Positions 1-11,300 of a stretch of 49,199 nucleotides of DNA are shown in pieces. The position numbers and the translations under genes are program-made. Within the stretch, counting starts at the first letter, position 1; each line of letters opens with the position of its first letter. The DNA is from Calditrichia bacterium (GTDB taxonomy: Bacteria > Calditrichota > Calditrichia > JAJRVZ01), in assembly GCA_963777955.1 (NCBI GenBank), contig CAVZSQ010000024.1:1-49199 (forward strand). The letters run 5' to 3'. The notes beneath the pieces were generated by a model that was given only the letters and a program-made list of their open reading frames with translations, was not told the DNA's origin and did no database searches.

Positions 1-144
1 CATCACCAATTGCTTAATATTCTTAAAGTGTTTTACCTTCGGAATGAAAAAAGAAACATACTAGAGTAGTATATAGTAATGAAAAACAATCTATAAACAG
101 TATGATATAATATTTCTATATTAAAAATTCAAAAGAACTCTTTT

Positions 145-1869
145 TACATTTATTAGTTTCTCAAGATTATATTCACTCCTACAAATATCTCCTATTTTTT
201 TTCTTCATGTAGGAAAAATCCTCCAAATTTGTTAAAGGTTTATCGTTACATGATAGATCGCCTATAACACGATTTAAAATAAAAGAAAGGTAATATCTAA
301 GATTAGCAATCACAGTTTCATTAGTATTACCTTCTGTCAAGACATCATGTACGATCTCGTTTCTAATCCTATAAATAGAGTTAATGAGAATTCAAATTCT
401 TTTGATGAATTTTAATATATTCTTTTAAATTTTCCTTTGAAAATAAACGATTCTCAAATTTCCATGCTCTATAGCTTAATAATGGAAAGTCTTTAAATAC
501 CTTCTTTTGAATTTCTTTATAAATTTGTATATCATTAAAACAATTTATATTATTCTCTATTGAATGTCTGAAAATTTTAGTATTCACTCCAAGTTTCATT
601 ATTGTGTTATGTAGATCAATTAAATTACGTTTGACATAAACAATTGAGTGTGAATTTATAAATCTATTCCTAATTTGTTCGATTATAAAGATTGTTTATC
701 AGTTGATAATAAAAACTCAAGACCAATCCAGTAGTTTTAGAAAATTTATGTTCATGCTCTATTGCTTCATTTCCTAATCTTAAATATCGTATTGATGATA
801 ATATTTTTTCTTTTGACTCCTCTGTAATTTTATCTGAATCCAATATTTTTTTAATGTCACTATAAAACGGTTATTCAGTACTTGTCCCTGTCGTGTACTC
901 GGTTGCAGGAAAATAGGTTAACCGTTGAAATTTACCCTCTTCGATATTTTCTCTATCAATAACAAGTACCCGATCTCTGACTCTTACACCTATGTCATAA
1001 TTACCTAGATTGAATAAATCAATATTCTGAGAAATTTGGTATTTTGCTGTATAAAGTGCACCGTATTGATCTAAAGCTTTGGTATTAATAATTAAGAATT
1101 TTACTTTACTTTCTGTTTTAATAAATTTCCTAAATTCGTTATTATTTATTATGAATAAATCATCAATTCTATCAACAATCTCAATTCCCATACCTAAAAG
1201 ATTGAAATTAATATTTAGAGATTTTGAGAAAAATAACTTGAAGCAGACTATATATTCTTTTGGATTTAAATTGAGTAGTTTTTCTATTTCAAGAAAACAT
1301 TCATTAAACTTCTCTTTCGGATCATGAATAAAGGATGCAAATATTTTTCTAAATATATTTAAACTTTTTGTATAACCATTGTAAATAAGTTCAGTAATGA
1401 AATAACTTAATTTAATTTCTATCTGCTCAAGATGAGAAAATATTTTTCCTATTTTTTTAACATTAACATTTAGAAGTACTTTTAATGATTTTAATAAATT
1501 GTTTAAATATTCTTTATTTTCATTAATAATAATTTTTATACAACTTTCAATTCAAATAATTTTCTTTATTTAGATCACGCAAAAGGTCTAAAAAGTACTT
1601 CTTTTCAAAAACATTGAATTTTAGTTCTTCATCCAATTTAATTAGAGATATGGCCTCATCCTTAAGATAATTCAACTCTTCAATATTTTTAATCTTATTG
1701 TTCTTTAAGTAATTAATGTTTTTTTCCAATTCTATCAAAATAGATCTAGGATCATTAATCGTACTTTATAAGAATCGAGTGTATTTCTATGTAAAAGTTC
1801 TAATGCTCTTTCTATGAAGAATTTTTCAAGAATCGTAAATTTTTTATCTTTAAAATTTAAATAAATCAT
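145..1869 (-). CDS. HEPN-domain (Apea-like) protein, putative defence RNase; several frameshifts
   Basis: Manual translation from ATG 1869 (MIYLNFKDKKFTILEKFFIERALELLHRNTLDSYKVR...) links track ORFs 1547-1738, 871-1191 and 381-599. NYWIGLEFLL lies near 710-737 and IYRIRNEIVH (HEPN RxxxxH) at 347-364. Very AT-rich. The 3' end is approximate. Confidence 0.7.
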
Positions 1870-2012
1870 ATTAGTAAAATTTTTCTTGCGTTATTTAAAC
1901 TTAATTTATACTATTACGTATAATTTAATACATATAAATAGATCTAAGAAGGGAGCTGGATAAAAATGGATCTGGGTCCGTCCCGCATTTTTACTTCCGC
2001 TTCAAGTTATAG

Positions 2013-2039
2013 AAAGCCCAATTCTCATTGGGCTTTTTT
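2013..2039 (+). terminator. Intrinsic terminator-like hairpin
   Basis: AAAGCCCAAT-tctc-ATTGGGCTTT is a perfect 10-bp stem running into a T tract. Confidence 0.5.
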
Positions 2040-2448
2040 AATAATATAAATACGATTCTATAAAATAAAAACTATAATATTGGTCTAAGTGCAAATATGT
2101 TGAAATTTTTAGGGTTTATATAAATGGAGGAGTGAAGACCAAATCACTTTTTGAAATCCAAGGTGATAATTTGAAAATCCTAAATAATAAATACATAAAA
2201 TTCTTAAAACCACTTGGAATTAGATATTTCCTAAGGAGATTCGGAAATTAGTATCTGGTACTTAGGATTTTGACTGTTCATTATCGGTAGTATGTATATT
2301 TTCCTTTCCCAGGTGGCAAATAGGTGACAGATTATGGTGCGAAAATATACGATAAATCCCGTTAGAGGGCGTTGGGACAAGGCTTCGGGGGATTTTGTCA
2401 CTCGAAAGAATGATATATTGTTTTTATTGTACTTAGGTCGGTTTTTTT

Positions 2449-2536
2449 GGTCTTGAAAACCGGTGTCCGCAAGGATCAGATTTATCATGAGGGTTCCCGC
2501 TTGCGCGGGAAGGTTCGAGTCCCTCATCCTCCGCCA
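2449..2536 (+). pseudogene. tRNA-Ser(TGA) 3' fragment with insertions (att-like remnant), copy 1
   Basis: Anticodon arm GGT-CTTGAAA-ACC, variable arm GTCC-GCAA-GGAT, T arm GAGGG..TTCGAGT-CCCTC and ATCCTCC-G-CCA end. No D arm or 5' acceptor strand. The palindrome TTCCCGC-ttgc-GCGGGAA is inserted in the T arm. Confidence 0.75.
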
Positions 2537-2755
2537 AATTAAATTCCAAATCTCAAAAGCCAATGACCAATGAATCCAGTAGAAAGTGGGTAAGATTAGT
2601 CGGAGTAAAGTGTTACACGTGGTTCCACGAAAACCTCCGGTGAAGTACCACTAAGAATAATCCGATATCCTTTAACCCTTTGCCATTGGCCTTTAACCAT
2701 TACCCATCACCCTTTTCCCATTATCCGTTCAGGCATAATTGGTAATGCGTCCGGC

Positions 2756-2839
2756 GCTGCCGGATGTCCGCAAGGATCATGATTTATCATGAGGTTTCCC
2801 GCCATGCGGCGGGACAGGCTCAGTCCCTCATCCTCCGCT
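2756..2839 (+). repeat. tRNA-Ser-derived direct repeat, copy 2
   Basis: 84 bp, about 80/84 identical to 4318-4401. Shares GTCCGCAAGGATC and AGTCCCTCATCCTCCGC with 2465-2534. Confidence 0.85.
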
Positions 2840-3054
2840 ATGAGAAAATCCAATGACCAAATTCCAATAACCAAATTTTAAAAATAAGTTCACGAAGGTC
2901 CACGAAGAAAAGAATCAGCTGACGAATCCTAATCACTCATAAACAAACTTTAATCATTAATTCCAGGATTTCTTTCTTCGTGTAACTTCGTGCAGTTCTC
3001 CGTGTAACTTCGTGTCATTCCTCACCCCACTCCCATATAAATTTGTGTTTGGCA

Positions 3055-3152
3055 TTTTGTGTCCCACCTGTCGTACTCAAGCAGTTTTGTGTCCCGTAAT
3101 AAAAGATTTGCCGGACACAAAGAAGATTGTGTATATTTGATCGGTCACAAAA
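3055..3152 (+). promoter_or_regulatory. Putative fic promoter with four operator-like boxes
   Basis: TTTTGTGTCC at 3055 and 3085, inverted GGACACAAA at 3113 and GGTCACAAAA at 3143. TTGCCG-N18-TATATT at 3108-3137. AAGGA RBS before ATG 3163. Confidence 0.45.
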
Positions 3153-3162
3153 GGAAAAACAC

Positions 3163-4258
3163 ATGAAACCATACCTACCAGAAACTTTACCACCCCGGAA
3201 TTTGGATTATGAAAGGCTTGTACGCCTCGTAGGTGAGGCGAATGCTGCATTAGCGAGATATGATGGATTACTACAAGTCTGTGGTTAATCCCGAAATTCT
3301 GCTTTCGCCGCTTACCACCCGTGAGGCGGTGTTATCGTCAAAGATTGAGGGCACACAGGCAACTGTTGATGAAGTGTTGCAGCACGAAGCGGGAATGTCC
3401 ATAAAAGATGACAATAAAAAACAAGATATCCAGGAAATTACGAATTATCGTTCAACATTAATTATTGCGGAGAAAAAACTTAAGGAAAATCCAATCACTT
3501 TATTTTTAATCCGGCAGATGCACCATGAGTTGATGAAAAGTGTTCGGGGTGAGAATAAAGAGCCCGGGAAGTTTAGAACAACACAGAACTGGATCGGTAA
3601 ACCTGGATGTCCTATTGAAGAAGCTAGATATGTTCCCCCGGAACCACCCATAGTGCAAGAGCATTTGCAAAATTTAGAACATTATATCCAAAGCACAAAT
3701 TCGGATGTGTTAGTTCAATCAGCGATTGTCCATGCCCAGTTTGAATTGCTTCACCCATTTTTAGATGGGAATGGCAGGATTGGACGCCTGCTCATACCAT
3801 TATTCCTTTATTATAAAAAGCGATTAAAGCGACCTATGTTTTATTTAGGTGAATATCTTGAATCTAATCGTGAGTTATACTATACGAAACTAAATGGTAT
3901 ATCTGCCAATGAGGAGTGGAACGATTGGATAGAGTTTTATCTGAAAGCTATTGAAGAACAAGGTAAAACAAATGTAAAAAGAGTACAAAATATACTTGAT
4001 CTATACAATAAAATGAGGGTTGTAATCAAGGAATTGATAAAATCGGAATATACAAATGATATCGTTGACGCTATATTTGAGAAACCAATTTTCAGATCGG
4101 TCGACATCCAGAAAAGGTCAAATATCCCCAAGCAAACTCTGATGCCAATTTTGAAAAAATTGATAACCGCAAATATAATAGTGATAATTAGAAAGGCTCA
4201 AGGAAGAAGCCCTGCTGTATTAAAATTTCCAAAATTACTGGAGATCACGGAAAAATAA
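3163..4258 (+). CDS. Fic family protein (adenylyltransferase) with N-terminal Fic_N region and probable C-terminal HTH; one frameshift near 3275
   Basis: Canonical HPFLDGNGRIGR motif and inhibitory SSKIEGT motif. The real start MKPYLPETLPP... at 3163 joins the 3260-4258 ORF by a 1-nt shift. Confidence 0.93.
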
Positions 4259-4317
4259 TTCAATAAAATGAAATTATAATTTGCGTCTTGTATAGTATCT
4301 TCAGCCCCCGCCTGGCG

Positions 4318-4401
4318 GCTGCCGGATGTCCGCCAGGATCATGATTTATCATGAGGTTTCCCATCTTGCGGCGGGACAGGCTCAGTCCCTCATCCTCCGC
4401 T
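4318..4401 (+). repeat. tRNA-Ser-derived direct repeat, copy 3
   Basis: Near-identical to 2756-2839. Lies 60 bp after the fic stop codon. Confidence 0.85.
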
Positions 4402-5304
4402 CTCTAAAGAAGATTAAAGATTGAAGAAATAAGATTAAAACTAAAGAGACAGAGATCGGAGACCTACCGCCAGGTAGGACAAATAGTCACAGAGACAAAA
4501 AGAAAACTAAGACACTGAGTAAAATTCACGGAGTACCTTAGACTTGAAATCAAAAATCACGACTAGGAAATACCAATTACAATTACAATTTACAAATTAC
4601 TAATTACTAATTACTTTTTACCATTGGAATTTAGTTTTTGGTACTTGGAATTTATTCTACGGTCGATAAACTCATCTGATCTGCAGCCTGCCACCAATCC
4701 TAATCCCTAAATATTTTTCTCCGTGGAACTCTGCCGAAGGTCTCCGTGTCTCTCCGTGTAATTCATTTACCCCAACCATTCACTAAAAAAATCCCCCCCG
4801 TTGTGTCGTACTTCACATTCTTAAAAATGCTTAATTCGTAATATGTAATTAGTAATTAAGACAGACTTAGTAATCTCTTAAAGGGCATTTTAGTAGTGGG
4901 ACTTTCCTTTTATTTTAAATTGTCAACTTGCTCTCTGCTAATGCCAAACATTTGAAAAAGAACGGTTTTATACTTGCTTTAATTTAAATGACATGGTAAA
5001 ATCAAAGATATCGTCATCTGAGTCTGTATTTTTCAGTTAATTTCCCCGGCATCAGACTTGCCGGGAGTAAAAATTGAAGTTATGTAGTTGTATCTATCCT
5101 GTGATCTGGAAGGTAATTTTTTTCTAAATTAATTCTTTATTTTATTTTGTGATATGAGACTAATGCGATTGCTTCAATGTGCTAAATCAGGATCCGCAAT
5201 GACGTATCCAGTACAGATCCCGTCATCCCGCCCAAGGCGGAGTGACACCTTGAGGGTCGTCTCGACTTCGCTCGACGACCGGTCTTGCGGTCCCCGAGCG
5301 GCTA

Positions 5305-8300
5305 GTGCTGAGCGGAATCGAGAGCAAGTCGAGAAGATACTCAGGAACTAAGGAACTAAGGAACTCAGTGCCTTTTTTGTCCCTCTGTCTCTTTGTCTCT
5401 CTGTCTCTTTTTCCCTTCGGCTCTGCTCTCGCCGACCAGGGCAGCAGCGATGGCTTCGGATACATGTGGACCGATGCCAAGGGCAGCATAACTGTACCGT
5501 ACAACTGGATCGATGTCAAAGGGGGCACCAGCCTGTTTGGTACCACCTTCAATGATAGTGTTTCTGCGGCGATCCCCTTGCCTTTCAGTTTTACTTTCTA
5601 CGGCAGCGCCAAAAACAGTATCTACGTATCATCCAATGGCTGGGCAGGTTTCAAAAACCCGGGCACAGATTCTTATCCAACTAATACCACCATCCCCTCC
5701 GGCTCCGGCCCGGATTCAATGCTGGCCGTGTTCTGGGACGATCTGCAAAGCTCTGCCGGAAATAACGGAGGCGTCTACTATTCGACCGTGGGCAGTGAAC
5801 CTAACCGGAAATTTATTATACAATGGTACATCCTGGACGGCTCACCTTCCCCTAATACAATTGAATTTGAAGTTATTCTATCTGAACACAGCAATTTAAT
5901 TAAATACCAGTATCATACCGTCGATGCAGCCTACGGCGGCGGACAATCTGCCACCATCGGCATAAAAGCCAGTACCTCGCGCGGCAACCTGTACAGTTTT
6001 GAAACTCTAAATTCAGTTTCAGCCTACTCCGCCACTTTATTCCATAACAGTACCGTCAGCAGTGTTTCTGCTGCCATTCTACCCGTTTCAGTCCCGGTCG
6101 GCAGTTTCCAGACTTTTACTTATACAATCAACAACATTCTGCCTGCCACCGCCGGACTGGGTAAACTGGATCGTTTCGCCATCAAGAATCCGTTTAGCAC
6201 TACTCCGGCAATAACCTCAATCGCGATCAATAATTTTAACTCGTACCTGCAATATTCCAGCAGTAAACCGACCGATCCGGGTTATGCCACCTGGTACTAT
6301 AAAACCCCCGGTGATTCACTGATCATCCAAACCTCAAGTTTTGATGTCGCCAGTGCTGTTGAAGTTCAATTCCTGCAGACGATTCCCGAAATCGCTACGG
6401 GTACATACATGTACCGCAGCAGTTCCGATGCTATACTTGATCTGAGTTCGCCCTACAATACTACGGGAGGACCCTCAATCACTGTCACAACTGGAGAATT
6501 GGATCATCTGATTATCCGCAACGCCAGCGGCGGTGGAGGTGCCGAGGTCGGTGCCCAGACACTCAACACCGATCAGTCACTAATCGTTTACGCCGCCGGT
6601 TATGATGCGGCGAGCAATTTTCTGGGCGATCAATCGGTTAACTGGACCCTGACCGGCAGCCTGGACGGCAGCGGCAGCACTGCCAGCAGTTACACCTTCA
6701 GCCCCAGTGTAGCCCCGACTGCCGGAACCATCGTGGCAACCAGCGGCGGTATAAACGACGCTACTGGTACGATTACGGTCAATACCGGCGCACTTGCATC
6801 ACCTGACCGTCCGCGATGCCGCGGCCGGAGGCGGGAATGAAGTTACTACCCGGTCCTTAACTACCGATCAATCATTAACTGTATACGCTGCCGGCTATGA
6901 TGCCGATAACAATTACCGCCAGGATGAAAATGCCACCTGGACCTCGACCCTGGGACTCAGCGGCTCGGGAACTTCCATTACTTTTAATCCGACCGTACCT
7001 GCCAGCGGTACTATCAGGGCCACTGTCAGCGGTATTTATGACGAGACCGGCCTGGTCACCGTCACTGTAGGAATTCTGCATCACCTGATCTGTTCGCGAT
7101 GCAGCCGCCGGAGGCGGCAATGCAGTTACTAATCATACCATGACTACCGATCAATCCTACACGATGTATGCTGCCGGATATGACGCCGATAATAATTACC
7201 GCCAGGACGAATCGGCCAACTGGACTTTGAATGGCAGCCTGGATGGCAGCGGCAGCAGCGGAACTACCAGTTATACCTTCAATCCCAGCATTGCCCCAAC
7301 TTCCGGGTCGATTGTCGCAGTGGTCGGCAGTATCAGTGATGTCACCGGAACAATCACCGTTAATACCGGGGCCCTGGACCATCTGACAATCCGCGATGCG
7401 GCCGCAGGCAGTGGCGCCGAAGTTACCACCCGCTCGCTGACCACCGATCAAGCACTAACTGTCTATGCCGCCGGGTATGACGCCGAAAATAATTATCGCC
7501 AGGACGAAAATGCCGCCTGGACATCAACTCTGGGACTCAGCGGTTCGGGAACTTCCATCACCTTTAATCCGACTGTACCTGCCAGCGGTACGATCCGCGC
7601 CACTGTCAGCAGCATCTTTGACGAAACCGGCCTGATCACGGTAACAGCCGGTGCATTGCACCACCTGATCATTCGCAACGCGGCCGGCGGAGGTGGTACG
7701 GAAATCACCACCTATTCCATGACCACCGACGATTCGCTGCGTTTATATACAGCCGGATATGATGCCGATAATAATTTTCTGGCCGATCAATCGGCCGTCT
7801 GGACCCTGACCGGCACCCTGGACGGCAGTGGTACCACCGGCACCACCTTTACTTTCCGTCCGCATATCTCCGGAACGTCCGGATTGATTGCGGCTACTGT
7901 CGGCACCCTGAGCGATTATACCGGAAACATAACCGTCAGCATCGGCACATTACATCATATTCGTATAAATACAGCCGCCATTGCCGGCGCAGCAGAATTT
8001 ACCGATCAAACCCTGACCACCGGTCAATCGGTCAATTTGTATTCTGCCGGTTATGATGCCGATAACAACTGGCGCTCGCTGGTCAGTTCCAACTGGACTT
8101 CGTCCGGAACTTTGGATGCAGTAAGTGCCAGTGGCACCAGCATGGTTTTTAATCCCGTTACCGCTCCGACTTCCGGAAGAATTATTGCAGTCAGTGGTGC
8201 CTTAAGAGACACTACCGGTACGATAAACGTCATCACCGGTTCAATTGCCTCGATACGAATCCGGACTGCAGCCGGAGGGGGCGGAGTAGAATTAGGGGCC

Positions 8301-11300
8301 AGCACCCTGACGGCAGATGACAGCCTGGCCATGTATGCAGCAGCATACGATGCCTCCAGTAATTACCTGGCCGATGTCAGTGTTACCTGGAATTCTACCG
8401 GTACCCTGGATGTCATCAATGCCACCGGAACCAGTTATATATTCAGGCCGGTCCGCGCAGCCGCTTCCGGCACCATTATCGCCACCAGCGGCAGCATCAG
8501 TGATTATACCGGCACCATCACGGTCAATGTCGGGATTCTGCATCACGTGCGGGTAAATACTTCGTCAGGATCGGCCGGAGTGGAATTTTTGACAGCCTCT
8601 CTCAGTGCCGGACAATCGGTTACTCTGTACAGCGCCGGTTATGATGCGGACAGCAATTACCGCGCTATGGTCAGCGCCACCTGGTCATCCACCGGAACCC
8701 TGGATGCGGTCAACGCCACCGGAACCAGTTATACTTTCCAACCGGTAACCGCGCCCAGCAACGGAACCATCGTGGCCACCAGCGGAAGTTTCAATGATGC
8801 CACAGGTTTAATAAATGTAATTACCGGAACCCTGAACCGGATTACCATCCGCACCGCAGCAGGGGGCGGAGGTAAAGCGCTGGGCGATACGACACTCACG
8901 GCAGACAATGCCCTCACCGTATATGCTGCCGGCTACGATGCCAGCAGTAATTATCTTTATGACGTAAATGTCAGTTGGACCTCCAGCGGTACCCTGGATA
9001 ACATAGTAGCCACCGGCAGCAGTTACACCTTCAATCCTGTCCTGGCTCCTTCTTCAGGCACCCTCATTGCCACCAGCGGCATTTATTCAGATAATACCGG
9101 AACCATTTCTATAACGGTCGGTGCATTACATCATGTGCGCATCAATTCATCCGCCGGGTCCGGCGGCCAGGAAACCGGCAGCGTCTCGATCACTGCAGAT
9201 CAAAGTTATACTTTCTATTGCGCCGGTTACGATGCCGATAATAATTATCACTCTCAGGTATCAGCCAGCTGGACTTCGTCCGGCAATTTAGATCCGGTCA
9301 GCGGCACAGGTACCAGTTATACTTTTAATCCGGTCGTGGCACCGACCTCAGGTACGCTCAGCGCTACCAGCGGAGCCATGAACGATGTCACCGGTACCGT
9401 TACTGTTTCCACCGGCGTCTTCCATCATATTGTGATCAATTCAGCGGACGGTTCCGCCGGCTTGCCATTCGGAAACCGGGTAATGACCGTCGATGAAACT
9501 GTTATTCTTTATGCCGCCGGCTATGATGCGGATAACAATTACCGGTCGGGCGTTAGTGCCTCCTGGTCCTCAACCGGTTCGCTGGATCCGGTGAGTGCGA
9601 CCGCTACGAATTATGCCTTCCATCCGGCTACCGCTCCATCATCAGGAACAATTATTGCCCTGTTCTCAGGCCAGCGGGACACCACCGGAACCATTACGGT
9701 TAATTCCGGATCGCTGGCCTCCATTATTATCCGCAACGCCGCCGGGGGCGGCGGAATTGCCATTGGTACTCACAGTATGACAGCTGTGGATACCCTGACA
9801 CTCTATGCAGCAGGGTACGATATCGGCAGTAATTTTCTGGCAGATGTCAATGTTTCCTGGTCATCGACCGGTACTTTGAATACCGTTTCCGCCACGGGCA
9901 CGAGTTATATTTTCAGACCGGTCACGGCACCGACATCCGGAACCATTGTCGCCACCAGCGGAGGATTGACTGACAATACCGGTACGATCACGGTAACACC
10001 CGGTGTGGCTGTGCGCCTGGTAGATCCGACCGGTTTAGGCGGAAACCGCACTACTGTTGCCGGCAGCACGCAACTTATCCGGATCAAGGTAGAGGATCAA
10101 CCCGGAAACGGGGTCAGCGGCCGGACCGTCAATTTTCTTCCAGCCGGATCGATGTCCGAACCGACGGTAATCACCGACGCTAACGGCATCGCCCAGACCA
10201 CCTTCACCACTCCGCGCGGATCAAATTCAGTTCAGGTGGAAGCAGCTCGTCTCCGGACTGTCCTCTTTTTATTTTACAGTTTATATGATTCAGTATGTCG
10301 AAAATTCATTATATCCCAAAGTGGTCATGCGCGGAAATACAGCTTCATTTTCTGCACAGATTTCCAATCCCGGGAATGTAGCTGTACCGATCAGCCTGGC
10401 TAATACACAAATTACTTTCAAAAGCGGTTCCATAACCTATACAGCCTCATTACAGTCGCCGTCTACTTTGCCGGCAGCCAATATGGCCATTCCCTTACAA
10501 TTTAACGGGGCCGTGGTCAACGCGTCCTTCCCGGGAGGCGCTTACACACCCGAAATCAAAATTGTGGGCCGTGACAGTTACAGTACAATGAACGGTTCGG
10601 TGGTCACCAATCCGGGTGAGCTCACCATAGGCGATTCTGAGATCACTCTCGGCCTGGTGGTGATTTCCCCCGACCAGGTCCTGCAGGGGGATACAGGAAT
10701 TCATGCTACCATGACCGTACAGAACCAGGGCATACCGCTGCCGATCGATCCTTATCCGGCGACCCGGCTCGTCTTTCGCCGGCATGATACCGGTGTGGAA
10801 CAACTTGTTGAAAATCTGACCCGTACCGATACCCTGACTGTTCTTCGTTATAATGTTCCCAGCGAATTCGAATTTGAGTTTGACATCCCGCACGATTATC
10901 TAACCGGGCAGATCGATGTCTATGGCGTACTAAGTCTGGACGATGGCAACTTAATAAAAATATCGGAGTATGCACTGGGATCGTTCCAGTCCAATTCAGC
11001 CGGGAACGCCAATTACGTGGCCGGCAGTTTACAACCGAATACCGCGATTCCCCGGGAAACAATAAATCTGAAGGCCTCGTTCAGCAATAGCGGGACTGCC
11101 GATATTCTTTTAAATCCGACTTTATCCTATATCGAAATACTGAATTCGGGACTCGGCAGCAGAACCCTGACCGGACAATTTACCCTGCTGGGCAATTCCA
11201 CCACTACCCTTTCTTTTAACAGCCTGACCATCCCACAATCCCTGGCGACAGGAGTTTACAATGTGCGCTGGACTTTATACGGCACAATGTCCAACGGAAT

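Noticed and set aside
2449..2536. Intact or intron-containing tRNA-Ser
   Set aside because: There is no 5' acceptor strand (GGAGGAT expected) or D arm upstream, and the insertions disrupt the T arm.
2231..2563. 110-aa ORF on the minus strand
   Set aside because: It is the antisense reading of the tRNA remnant (WRRMRDSN is typical of reverse-translated tRNA ends).
6490..10005. CRISPR array or DGR template/variable repeat pair
   Set aside because: These are in-frame protein repeats. Differences between the closest units are mostly synonymous and not adenine-specific.
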